Shown in pieces: positions 51,501 to 61,609 of a stretch of 64,000 bases of DNA (positions are counted from its first letter, which is position 1; each line of letters opens with the position of its first letter). The stretch is from Lingula anatina (Eukaryota > Animalia > Brachiopoda): positions 4,464,001 to 4,528,000 of the forward strand of contig CM120647.1 in assembly GCA_051362555.1 (NCBI GenBank), given 5' to 3'. Under the pieces are notes generated by a model that did not search any database, was not told the origin of the DNA, and worked only from the letters and a program-made list of their open reading frames with translations. A program made the position numbers and the translations under genes.

Positions 51501-54500
51501 CTGATCTTTGTTTTCATTTTGTGTCCCAATTTCTTCCAACACACTTACACTATGTGCCTCTACAGAGCACGCTTTAGCTAGGACTGTTTTGCTTGGTAAT
51601 ATTATATTTTCATCTGTTGGGTTCAAGATTTGATAACATGATCGATTTTTATCCACTGTTACCAAACATTTAGATCCTAAGATGTTTCTTTTACATGCTA
51701 ACTGATTGACTGGCTCTAACAATGCTGTATGTACACACGAAGCATGCGAGATTTTCACTGGAATTAAACATTCTGATTTTGCTGGAATGGTCTCTTTTCT
51801 AATGGATCTAACAAATCCAATATTTGGAGGATTGTACAAAGGTAATTCTAAGTTGTACTCAGGTACAGTAAAACCGTCAAAACCGACATCTATTTTGACA
51901 TTGTGTTTTTTTAGAAAATCCATGCCTATGATCAATTTTCGAGGTAATATACGTAAAATACAAAATTCGTGATTGATGACTACATCGCCGAAACAAAGGG
52001 GTAATTCTATCAAACCAAGAACCTTTTGAACAGAACCGTTTATTCCTGAAACTTCTTTTATCTTTGATGATTTGTAAAATTTTGAATCCTTGTTAATTGA
52101 ACTCAAAAATTGTTCTGACACACATGAAATCACAGCGCCAGTGTCTACCAATGCATCAACGTGCATTTTCGAAATTTTGATTGATAATAGATTGTGCATT
52201 TGATGATTTTCAACATTTGAAAATTTGACGCATTCATTTTCTTTTTCGTTCTTCTTATAATCTAGTCATTTATTGGCACGTGCGTAATAACAAATTTTAG
52301 AAATATGCCCAACACGATTGCACACGAAGCATTTCAAATTTCTAGCATAGCAATTTCTTCGAAGATGCGTGTACTTACCGCAACTCAAGCACATTGGGAA
52401 TCCCTGCTCTTCTGAACGTTGACCTGATCGTGGACCAGATTGTTTGTTTTCACGGTGCATGCTGTCTTGAAAATCGCCTCTCCTCCGATTTCCGATGTAG
52501 CGGTTGCGCGCACGATAAAATGCACCCGTCTGCTGTCTTCTCGGTTGCATAGGAGTCTGCGTCTCTCTTTGGGACGTCCCCATGATGTGCACCTCTGCAG
52601 GGCGAGTGGTGTTGATTATCTGACTCATCTGTGCGCCGAGAGCATCTATTTTGGCTGTCACCTCCATGAGGTCCACGTTCTGCTTTATGCTGGAGGGCTG
52701 TACCGCATTCTCAGCTAGCCTTGCCTGTGACATCAGTTGGTCTAGGTCACGTGGCTCCTGTTGTACAACAAAGGGACGGATCTGTGGCAATAGACCGTTC
52801 ACAATTGCCGTTAACGTGATTTTTTCATCGAGTTGTGCCAGTTTGGCGTCATGTCTCATGGATGCGATGTAATTTTGGACGGGTTCCCCCGGCAGTTGCT
52901 GCCTCTTAAACAGTTTTGATGTTATAGACCAAGTTTCCGTGTTTCTTGGCCTATATCTGTTAAGGAATTCTTCTTTGAGGTTTCTCCATTCCTGTTTCAC
53001 TTCCTCGGCCAAAGTTTCATACCAGTCTAATGCAGCATCAGTGAGTAATAGAGGAAAAATTGAAATAATTTGATCGTGATCAAGAGCTTTAAAGTTAATA
53101 TAGTTCTTGAAATGATCTAACCATCTATCGGCATCCTCTTGACCGTTTCCTTTAAATTTTTCAGGTGCTAGGCTCCAATCTGAACTCATGTTTTCGAGTG
53201 TTTTTATTTTCCTTCCCAAAGTTTTTTTAAATATTTCTGGGCTTTTAAGATATGTTGAGATGGGATCGCCGGGCAATTGGCTATTGTTGTTCTTTTTCGT
53301 CGTCGCTGCTGATGTAAATTGGGGACTCGGGGCGGTTGGTGAACTGTTTAATGGTACTGCTATTGATTGTTGGTGGGTCTTTTGTGGTAGGCAAATTGTC
53401 TCTGGGAGTTGAATTTTTGAGGTCGTCGTCGTCTGTTTCTTCGTCACTGATGACGATAGGTGACTCGGGGCGATTGGAGATGGGTCGGTTTGACCAGGTA
53501 ACGCTGAAATTTGTGTCGTTATTGTCGTCCGTTTAGGTATCGCTATTGCTGTCGGATTCACTACTGAGGTCAATGATAATGAATACTTTTCGCCTGTCTC
53601 TATTTTTGATTCGTATAGTTCGAGATTCGTTGGAACACATTGATCAACAATTGAAAATGCGCTGTTTCCTACTGTTTCTGATTGTGTATTTACGTTAATT
53701 TGATGAGTAGTCCGTATTTCTTCGTCGTCAGACGAGTCGCTTGATGAAAGTAAGTTGCGACGTGAAAGTTTGCTTCTCACACACTTTTCTTTGGTTATAG
53801 ATGGAGCAGGTGAAAAGTTTGGTGTCCTTGTATAAAATTTGATTGTTTGTTTTGGAAGTCTCTCTGATGTCTTACCTTCCAGACCCTCGATTTTCTTCTT
53901 TTCTACTGCTTGCCTAGTGTTAGCTGCTGGTGGACTCCAATCTGCTGGATTTTCTCCTTGCATCTAGAGCGTGTAGGTAGCTGGATCGATTTCTTCCACC
54001 AGTTATAGTACCGATATTTCGCCAGTACTATAAATGAAGAACATACATCTTTTGGGGGCCTAAAAGATTTATTCGTATATTCTTATTTTCCAGTTACAAT
54101 GCATTCTCTTTTATCCTATAGATCATCATTCCAATGTCATGATGTATCACAAAGTCTTTCTCCTACATTACCTTATTTGGTAATGTAATAATTCCTCAGC
54201 TCTTACACAATGTCTATGGTTATCCCTTTTTCCATAACTTTCCATCATTACGTCATTACCAAAATATAATCGTTCTCTTATTAGGCAATGGTATGTTACT
54301 TGACCTTAGGTCGCCATTTCTATTAATACAGATTTTTCATTGTATCATCCTGAAGGAATGATAACTATACTCCCTTATTCTTTTTTTATTATTGAACAAC
54401 ACATGCACTCTTTAACTTTCTTACTTACTCTATTTAACCTCTTAACAAATGTATATTGTATTAGTTATGAAAGGTACAATGTATTCATTACAATCACAAC

Positions 54501-56297
54501 TTTGTATCTGTACTTTTAATCATTTTCATTACGATAGTATCATCTTGTCACTCCTTGCAGCACCAAAGTGTTCATTGTGGCAGCCATCCTCGGCATCGTG
54601 GCAGTGGCAAATGCTGGTCGTGAACCAATGCTTAACGACCGCCGTGACACCTGCTCCAGCAGTGCCACCCCCTGCTATGATTATGTCCTCACCTTTATTA
54701 TGGACGGAAGAACAGACAATTTTTTTCGCCAAAACCGCAGCGAGATTCTGGCTCATCACCAATTGGCAGGGAGAACTGAATCTGACGCCATTCAGGAGGG
54801 GAAAATGGCGACCGCCTGGCTGAAAGTATGGAGTGTTTTTTGTTTTTGTTCCGACAGATTTTCTTAAAAGCAGTCCGTTTATATTTTATCACAACTTAAT
54901 AAACTGAAATTACTTCAATTTTTCAATAGACTGTTGCAGACTACACAGACTACATACTAGGGTTTCATGTTATCAAAATCTCTTGCATCATAGTTTAAAA
55001 AATAAACCTTTGTTAATAACGACATCAATATCAGCAACTCTGGCCAATGTTTCAAAACGTTTATAGATATTTCAAGAGTTTTAAATGGTATCGTACTACA
55101 ATTGTCCTATCTCTTATCAATATGTTGATCAGCAAATATATTGTCACTTAGGATATTTCAGATGGAATACCCTGATAATAAGATTAATAATAAATAAAAT
55201 AAAACTAGGTCTCTAAACGATACATTTCAGGGTATAGAACCTTATAAAGCTAACATCGTTATTTTATCAGGGTCATTGTCAACGTCATCTTCATAGTTAT
55301 TTAACCTGCTTAGATATCTGCGCCTATTTTGTCTCAACATCATTTTATTACTTTCAGACGAAATACGGTATTGACTTCACCGATGTGGAGGACGACGTGT
55401 ACTTAGATGGCACCAAGGCAGTAACAAGCCCTGACGGCTCCTTAACATTCAAAACGTTCATACTGGACCCCGCTGTCAGATACAGGCTGGTGTCGGCCAG
55501 CAAACAACATGAGGTGGAATTCTTTAACGCCCCGATTTCTGCTGCGGGTAAGTGAACACAGTGGAACCAGTTATGACCATGTACATGTATCAGATGATTA
55601 AACTTTTGTTTGTACTTTTTGTAAACCACACATATAGTACAAACATACGCGCGGACAGGCAGATAGACAGACAGACAGACAGACAGACAGTCGCAAAGCT
55701 GTTAAGTCCACACACATATCTAGATTTAGCATTGTGGATATAGTTAAGAGGAAACTTTATTTTGGGGGCTTATTCCATTGGAGAGGGCCTATAAATGTCA
55801 TATTAAAATAATAATAATAATAAAATGTCTGTTTACCCAGTGATACAATTTTATCATTGTACACGCACCACGATCGTATACCTCTGATCTCAAACTCCTG
55901 CGATAACATGTGTATCAAACTTTCAGGCTGGGTGGTCATGGTGAACGACGACTATCAAGCTGGCGGTACCTTCAACATGACTTTACCAAAGGGAAGCATT
56001 ATCATCTACGGTGATTACGTCATTCCCCTTTGTGATAACATGGGGAAGAAGAACAAGAACAGAATGAGTAAGAACAACTTCTCCTACGGCAATCCTTCAT
56101 GTCGCAACATCTTAAACCAGTCAACACTGAAGATCCACTACGAAAGTAATACATTCTTTCCAAGTGTCGGCGTTATTAACTGTGTCCTCAAGGAAACGTC
56201 GTGGGGGATTGGCGTGGGACGAGGGGTGTTGTTTGTAGAAGCCTGCAATAAACACTCTGTTCGCAATGTGTTGACTTTTCCCGCGACGCAGCCATAA
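45560..56297 (+). CDS. Uncharacterised secreted protein family, copy 5 (ORF intact; LTR element in intron 1)
   Basis: Exons 45560-45576, 54561-54825, 55358-55547 and 55927-56297 total 843 nt with GT-AG introns and no stops. Confidence 0.8.
45871..46461. mobile_element. TA-flanked Tc1/mariner-type MITE with a nested Harbinger-like hairpin MITE (45993-46138)
   Basis: Outer TIRs tagtcgcacgcaatgaaaacgcacca / tggtgcgttttctttgcgtgggagta. The inner element has ~70-bp inverted arms related to 2303-2429. Confidence 0.7.
46927..47459 (-). repeat. 3' LTR
   Basis: Direct repeat of 54004-54536 with about four substitutions seen by eye. On the minus strand it is preceded by the purine-rich tract gaagagagggtgta. 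Confidence 0.95.
48863..49822 (-). CDS. env: env-like membrane protein, C-terminal portion only
   Basis: The frame is open from about 49822 (TSITKLHPVNLGLLQYFY...) through the 275-aa ORF, with two hydrophobic segments. It sits in the third-ORF position between pol and the 3' LTR. Confidence 0.6.
   Translation of the reverse strand, partial: TSITKLHPVNLGLLQYFYSNKEISQIGSNDFFSQPLDTNSSRLHMYQQDFSKFLAQDMKDHLNLRKLAQAAKHNKRMYSSMADAIAANEILLPSNSKQSLVWISLAVSSAIMLVVIYLCIKIRILTLTVMTLKNVNTGEAMPTVPTWIWGTTTKINYEVQTTCDDPYSFITFLTACVCVILAIVWIRDKIIKKLCIFHKALLILEIANDQRCITIPIIQLNGSPHSWHFHMTQISDILQIEGKIRSNLLIDWHDLVITNYVTGQTIQLPARVPISFIKAIQLHKIIDREFYKFLAIKHAGMLSYIRYCQPTCTGSNLES
49824..52265 (-). CDS. pol: pol: aspartic protease, reverse transcriptase, RNase H; integrase missing
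   Basis: LVDTGA, YRFAIDYRKLN, LPFGL, YIDD, LTTDAS and LIRWALKLQ motifs. The frame is open from directly after the gag stop and ends before any HHCC/DDE integrase. Confidence 0.95.
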   Translation of the reverse strand, partial: LDYKKNEKENECVKFSNVENHQMHNLLSIKISKMHVDALVDTGAVISCVSEQFLSSINKDSKFYKSSKIKEVSGINGSVQKVLGLIELPLCFGDVVINHEFCILRILPRKLIIGMDFLKKHNVKIDVGFDGFTVPEYNLELPLYNPPNIGFVRSIRKETIPAKSECLIPVKISHASCVHTALLEPVNQLACKRNILGSKCLVTVDKNRSCYQILNPTDENIILPSKTVLAKACSVEAHSVSVLEEIGTQNENKDQNISKEIALKNTEELRIDIINSNLNENQKEQLRILIGRNRDVFAKDMSELGTASRYEHYIQTENDIPIKQTFYRTSPKLKEEIVRQVDEMLKHGIIEESMSAYSSPVVLVKKKTNEYRFAIDYRKLNKVTVPMHWPLPRLEDVFDAIGSAKPEYFSSLDMAGAYWQLKLDPKTKHKTAFITHHGHFQFLKLPFGLRNAGVSLQALMNDLFKDMNWKNVLIYIDDILVMSKTFEDHLNHLDLVFKKLREANLKLKPSKCKFATQEVEYLGHVIRKDGIKPDDKKLEAVKSFPVPKSTKDVRSYLGLCNFYRRFIKDFSKITEPLNKLLRTNVQFEWNQECQSAFQQLKDLLVSPPILVYPDMTKEFILTTDASIKAIGFILGQKDENNRERVIAYGGRSLNNAEKNYSIYELECLAVVEGIKQFESYLANNHFKVFTDNKAITWLQTLKHSTGRLIRWALKLQGLDFEIEHRAGKTNPADALSRREYDEDNCLPNKDCVHVVDDISRQKCQNSGLVQARLYVATETENVNRQNENGNSQIFAIDVKIENEKDRLKQQQQE
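52266..53963 (-). CDS. gag: gag polyprotein (565 aa)
   Basis: Capsid-like region (PEKFKG..EDADRWL..F, LLLTDAALDWY) and two CCHC knuckles (CLSCGKYTHLRRNC, CFVCNRVGHISKIC), plus a long S/T/P-rich N-terminus. Confidence 0.93.
   Translation of the reverse strand: MQGENPADWSPPAANTRQAVEKKKIEGLEGKTSERLPKQTIKFYTRTPNFSPAPSITKEKCVRSKLSRRNLLSSSDSSDDEEIRTTHQINVNTQSETVGNSAFSIVDQCVPTNLELYESKIETGEKYSLSLTSVVNPTAIAIPKRTTITTQISALPGQTDPSPIAPSHLSSSVTKKQTTTTSKIQLPETICLPQKTHQQSIAVPLNSSPTAPSPQFTSAATTKKNNNSQLPGDPISTYLKSPEIFKKTLGRKIKTLENMSSDWSLAPEKFKGNGQEDADRWLDHFKNYINFKALDHDQIISIFPLLLTDAALDWYETLAEEVKQEWRNLKEEFLNRYRPRNTETWSITSKLFKRQQLPGEPVQNYIASMRHDAKLAQLDEKITLTAIVNGLLPQIRPFVVQQEPRDLDQLMSQARLAENAVQPSSIKQNVDLMEVTAKIDALGAQMSQIINTTRPAEVHIMGTSQRETQTPMQPRRQQTGAFYRARNRYIGNRRRGDFQDSMHRENKQSGPRSGQRSEEQGFPMCLSCGKYTHLRRNCYARNLKCFVCNRVGHISKICYYARANK
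53983..54001 (-). promoter_or_regulatory. Primer-binding site
   Basis: TGGTGGAAGAAATCGATCC begins after a 2-nt spacer following the 5' LTR. TGGTGGA is complementary to a tRNA 3' end ...UCCACCA (Ala-type; identity not confirmed). Confidence 0.65.
54004..54536 (-). repeat. 5' LTR
   Basis: Direct repeat of 46927-47459, followed on the minus strand by the PBS. Confidence 0.95.
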
Positions 56298-59010
56298 GTA
56301 AGGGAGTTCCATATCTCCTGGCTCTTGATTTAATGCATATTAAATAATGCTTAGATGGAAATAATTTAAAATTGCCTTATTGGCATTGTGACCCTTTATT
56401 TATCTAGATACCAAAAAAGGAGGTTTTTCTTGTATCGATTAAGTCAATAATGCATGTATCTTTGTGCTGTTTGGAAACAATAAAAAACCTTCGAAAATAT
56501 AAAATGTCTGTGTTTATATTACTCGTTGTAATGTATAAGCATAGGTAACTCAAGGTTTAATCGACTATTTTCCTTCTTTCTATTTTGAGGTGCTCGGTTT
56601 TATCGCAAAATATGAGATTTGACATCGAGTCTATGGGCTACAATGCCGTGTCGTCGTTTTGGTTTAAATATTTTTGCTATGGAGTTAAAAGCCCCTAATT
56701 AAAGATTTCCATAAGGCAAAGGCATACTTTTGCTTTATCAACAATAAAATCTCAACTAAGATTTTTAAGAAAAATCGCTGGCAGGGTTTTGGAGTACTAA
56801 ATGATGTCATTATATCGCCGTTGAAACAGTAAAGGAGGAATCTGAGAAAAAAAAAAACGATTTTTTAGTTTTTACCCCAAAATGACGAGTATGACGTCAC
56901 CCGTATAAGATGAACTACTGTATGTGTAAATGTTAATTACTTTAGTCACTGAACACTGAAGATTAATTTCTTAGTTATTCTCTTGATGCCAAGATCTTCA
57001 CTGAAGCTTGGCTAAATGGACAGGCTTCAATGATCATCAAATCGCCACGGTCATATAACTTCCCTAGGTATGTATGAGAAGCATGCCATGCAACAATGAA
57101 GCTAAAACATGTAAAATTTGCATTTAAAATAGTTTCATCCGCGTAGCACAGATGCCATAGCAAAAGAAGCTACATGCATACGGCTCTTTACTTGAGGCAA
57201 GCTTTTGAGGCAGTTCCATGAATGAATTCTCGCTGCAAAATTACCAAGATGCACATCTGTGAATATTTCTACTGAAAATGAATCTTGAGTTCTGGCCTTG
57301 CATATTGTTTCAAAGTTCACAGAAAGTTGTTTCTGGGTACAGCGATAAATGTACAATTTCAGTATTTCTATGTGGACACGTCAGATCCTATTATGATCCT
57401 TTTTCAAATTAATGCCCATTATCCAGGTAAATTATACATGGTGTACAGTGCCGATTTTGAATCAAAAGCTCAATTCCTTCCTTTATTCACGTTTTCAGTG
57501 GCGGTAACTTCCTAGGAACTGCAACCTTTTGTATACTAGGTTCCTTATACCCGATGTCGGATTTCTTCTTTTTCTTCTTCTTCTTTGGTTTCCTGTAGGG
57601 AATTTAATTATTCACGAATTTATTAATTATCGAATCATATTATTAAAATACTTATATCAAAATTATTTGAAATATAGTACACGCATGTTTCTGGAAGACA
57701 GAATTGATGAAATGTTAATCCGGGAATAATTTGCATTGGCTCCAAATTCTAGGATTGAAACATTTACCTATTTAATTTGGGACATACAAACTTACTGCAT
57801 TCTGTCAATATCTTCCTTTGCGGTATGCCAGCTAGTTATAGCTTCGTAAAGGGGTACTTTACTTTGACTTCCTACACTATCTTTAGAATTGGCCGAAGTC
57901 TGTCTCCTGTAAACCGAATATTTTGCCAGAGAAAAAATTCATCAGCTGTGTGATGTTATAGAAATGAAGTATTTTTTTATTCAATAAACAGCTAGTATTG
58001 ACAGCTAATTTACCTCCAATATTTTCTTGGTAGGCATTCAATCCCCGATGAATATTCTCTGAGAGACATCGAAATATTGATGGTGATATTTAGCTGTCGA
58101 TATTATGTGTTGATTGAAGAAAATATACTTTATTCGATTTTTGCATGGTGAATATACAACTACTGTGGAATAATCTGAATATTTAGCATACAAATATCTG
58201 CATGCTAAAAAGGTTAGTGGGGTAAACCAACACCGAAGGCAATCCGCTAGAAACATGAAATGTGCTACCAGCCTAATGGCATTTTACAATGTATTTGTTG
58301 CTTTACTTGCACATTGATTTACCTACTTATGGAGTATAACCCCAATTTCTACAAGTAACTCTGATATTGCGATATTCTCCCTAAATTATGTCTAGACCTT
58401 GATCAATGTCTTCTTCTTCTTTTCAAATATTAGTTCAACAATTTACTACTGTTTCTACTACTACTGCTGCTGCTGCTGCTGCTACTACTACTACTACTTT
58501 TAATAACAATGATTATACTTGTTAACATTATTTACTAATTTATTTATTCATTTATCTATTTGAAACACGCTGTATACATTTTTCTATATAAGACTGGAGA
58601 AAAAAAAAGACTAAAAATAAATAATACCCATTTAATTGACAGGCAAAAGACTGAGAACAGAATTTTTGATGCAAATAGAATATAAATCATCTGAAGTACT
58701 ATAAAATGTTTTTAGATTATCTTAATGGCAGTTCTTGTTTCTGCTCTGAAATGTTCTGAATTGGGGCTGATATGGAAAACACAGTGTGTCAGCAATTCTT
58801 TCTTTCACATAACATAAACCATGCGTTGCAGTGTTTTTGCAACAATAAAAAATGTATAAAACAACGTTCAAAGGTTCTTTCGGGCATTCCTTGAATTCCA
58901 AGAAAGCAAAAGAACGCGTATCACAAGCTTGGTCGAGATATTATCTTAACTGCAGTAAAGAAAATATGGGGATGCTTGGCATCTTCTCTGGGGCGGTATC
59001 ATTAGGCCGG

Positions 59011-59282
59011 TGTAACGGATTTTAGGGCCCCTGTCCACAGAAAGTCCACCTTCCATTTAGTTATAATGGTTAGGGTTAGCCTGACCTAGGTGGGTGAAAG
59101 TCTAGGGCAAGGCTTACCTGAACAAATGAATGGAAATCATAATCTCGGTCATGGGGAACTCTCTGTCACGTTACAGCGGGATTGAAAAGGCATTTTGTCT
59201 TATGCAGAGGCAATCGGTGGCAACCCCGCATTTCAGACCAACCCCCAAGGCCAACCTTGTCGAATTTGACTTTCCGTTCGCA
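59011..59282 (+). mobile_element. Short Ginger1-type element C (paralogous copy)
   Basis: CCGG|tgtaacgg ... ccgttcgca|ccga, the reverse complement of 9500-9752. Confidence 0.65.
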
Positions 59283-59630
59283 CCGATATTCGATGTTTAT
59301 GATGTACATATATTTCCAACAGTGTTAAATGCATTTTTTAACAAAATGGCTGTAGTAGGGCTGAAAGTCCAACATCCCCATCTGGGTTAAGTAGGGTGGC
59401 ATACCCCATTGAAACAAACCGCTTTTTTATAAGATTTGAAAGTAACTGCAACTGTTTTTAGTCTTTTTAAAATTCAACTTCTTATGATTTTTATATGATT
59501 AATGTTTAAAGACTTCAATAGTAATTCTTATTTAAGTACTGACATTCTTATGAATTGAATATTTTAATCGTAAATTGCATTGGAATGTATGGACATGGAA
59601 TGCGTTAATTGTAAAAGAAATTATAATTAA

Positions 59631-59685
<55 letters not shown>

Positions 59686-59809
59686 GGGTTTGCAATGCAT
59701 GATAAAACTATAATTACATAAACAAGTTAAAACTGTGCATTTTGATACAATAATTAACGATAAGCGTAACATAAGTTCAAATTATTTCAAACTCAATCCA
59801 GAATCTTAC

Positions 59810-61328
59810 CTTAGAGAAAGTTGCATCTCTTCGGGTGTTAAAGAGTTACGCCTCCTCTGACCTACATTACATATATGAAAACTCGTGATGTAGATGAAAT
59901 CGTAACACACACGCGCGCGCGTGCATCATAAGTTGAACACACCATGTAATAAACATGTCATATCATATTAATAAAACATACCTATAAAACATTATTTAAA
60001 TATTTCTCAATACGAAAACATTCAAGAGAAAGTTAATGCCAAGAAAAGCAAGCCAATGCACAGAAAGTCTGTTTATTGTTCCATTTGTATTTTTAACATA
60101 CCTTTGACTTCAAAACAGAATTGATCTGATGGTACAGTGCCTTGGACCGCGATGCCAGTTGCGGTACAAGTCACACACCTCCTGCCCAACATGCCACTTG
60201 AGACTGTCCAAGCAAATATCGAGACAGTATCTCCATAGTCTGGATCACAATCTGCATTATAGGCACTGAAATTTTCGATCGATATGCCCGGGACATTTGA
60301 TCCACTGGTGGGGTACTGCCATGCAATGTCAACAAATGGTCTAGCCCCTTTAGAAGTACACTTCAGAAAAACGGTTTCCCCCACTTCTGCTTCATACACG
60401 TCACTAGTAATGACGGGAGGTGCAGGGGTCTCTGAAAAATCACAGAAGTGAAAAAGTGTGCTATTTCAGTGAGTATATCAAAGAAAATCATACTTTTTTA
60501 TGTAAACACTGCACTACCCAGTGGATGAAACACTTACAGATGCCCATATAGGTTAATGGATCGAAAGTCAAATAATGCCGTATGTTTGAAGACATAAAGA
60601 TGGAGTAGTCATAATTATAAGTGCACCGGATTAAAAATAATATGTCACCACTTACTTTTGATTCGAAGATAACGCTTGCTGGAGTTGGATACAAAACCAA
60701 TGGTTACAACACAAGTGTACTCAGCACTATCTGACTCTTCTGTGGAATTCAAAACCAAGTTACTTCCCAGATTAGAAACACGGTTCCCATAAGTTATATT
60801 GGGGTTTGCAATAACTATTGACGGAGGTATGATAGTTATGGTATTGACCCTAATATAAGATCCATCACATAGTTTTTTATTCCATTCTATTGTTGTGAGT
60901 CCACTGATATTCGTCTGGAACTGGCATGGTAGTAAAACATCTGTTCCTGGATCTACGTCAAATGTTTGTCCGGCATCTTCTATTGTAATACGTCCCTTAA
61001 CATCTGCAAATTAAGAAAAAATGTTAGCATTCAATTTCATATATAATCATAACATCAGGCATCATATCTGGACTGGGAACTTTTGTAATGCTAAAAGAAA
61101 AATCATTTATAGAAGGGGTACTTTTTGAACGCTTACAAAAGGGAAGAAGCCAAAACCAACCACAGGTTTTGGCCACACGGATTGCCATGAAGGAATGCAA
61201 TGTTTATATTTTTAAAATAATTGTAAAATGGAATTAACTAATATGTTCATAAACTACTATTGTACGAATGCATGGACTAATATATCAACATTTTTTCAGT
61301 CATGCTGCTACTAAATGATATATTTATA

Positions 61329-61379
<51 letters not shown>

Positions 61380-61609
61380 ACATGTACGAAAGGTAGAACA
61401 GTCATGTTAAATCTTATTTTTAAAATCTATTCATAAACATAGTAATTGCACTAATACAAGAATATTAGAGAAAATCTGAATTGCATGAAAGTATTGCACA
61501 AGGATCTACTACGTACATTTCGAATATTTATGTTTGGAATTAAATGCATTTTACCTGCTACAATAAGCCAGGCTGATAATAACAGTACGTTCCAACCAAC
61601 ACCTCCCAT
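59810..61609 (-). CDS. Immunoglobulin-superfamily protein: signal peptide, V-like Ig, C2-like Ig, short tail
   Basis: Exons 61609-61555 (MGGVGWNVLLLSAWLIVA), 61003-60656 (LPC..IEW..DSAEYTC), 60431-60102 (LKCTSKGARP..IAW..VTC) and 59861-59810 have consistent GT-AG phases and no stops. A candidate terminal exon at 58949-58946 would supply the stop. Confidence 0.82.

Larger units (their letters stand above)
46927..54536 (-). mobile_element. Gypsy/Ty3 LTR retrotransposon with env-like ORF, internally deleted
   Basis: 533-bp LTRs (46927-47459 and 54004-54536), GTAT target duplication (46923-46926 and 54537-54540), PBS, polypurine tract, gag, PR-RT-RNaseH and an env-like ORF. The empty site (tcaagtatcatc or close variants) is seen in the paralogous introns. 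Confidence 0.95.
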
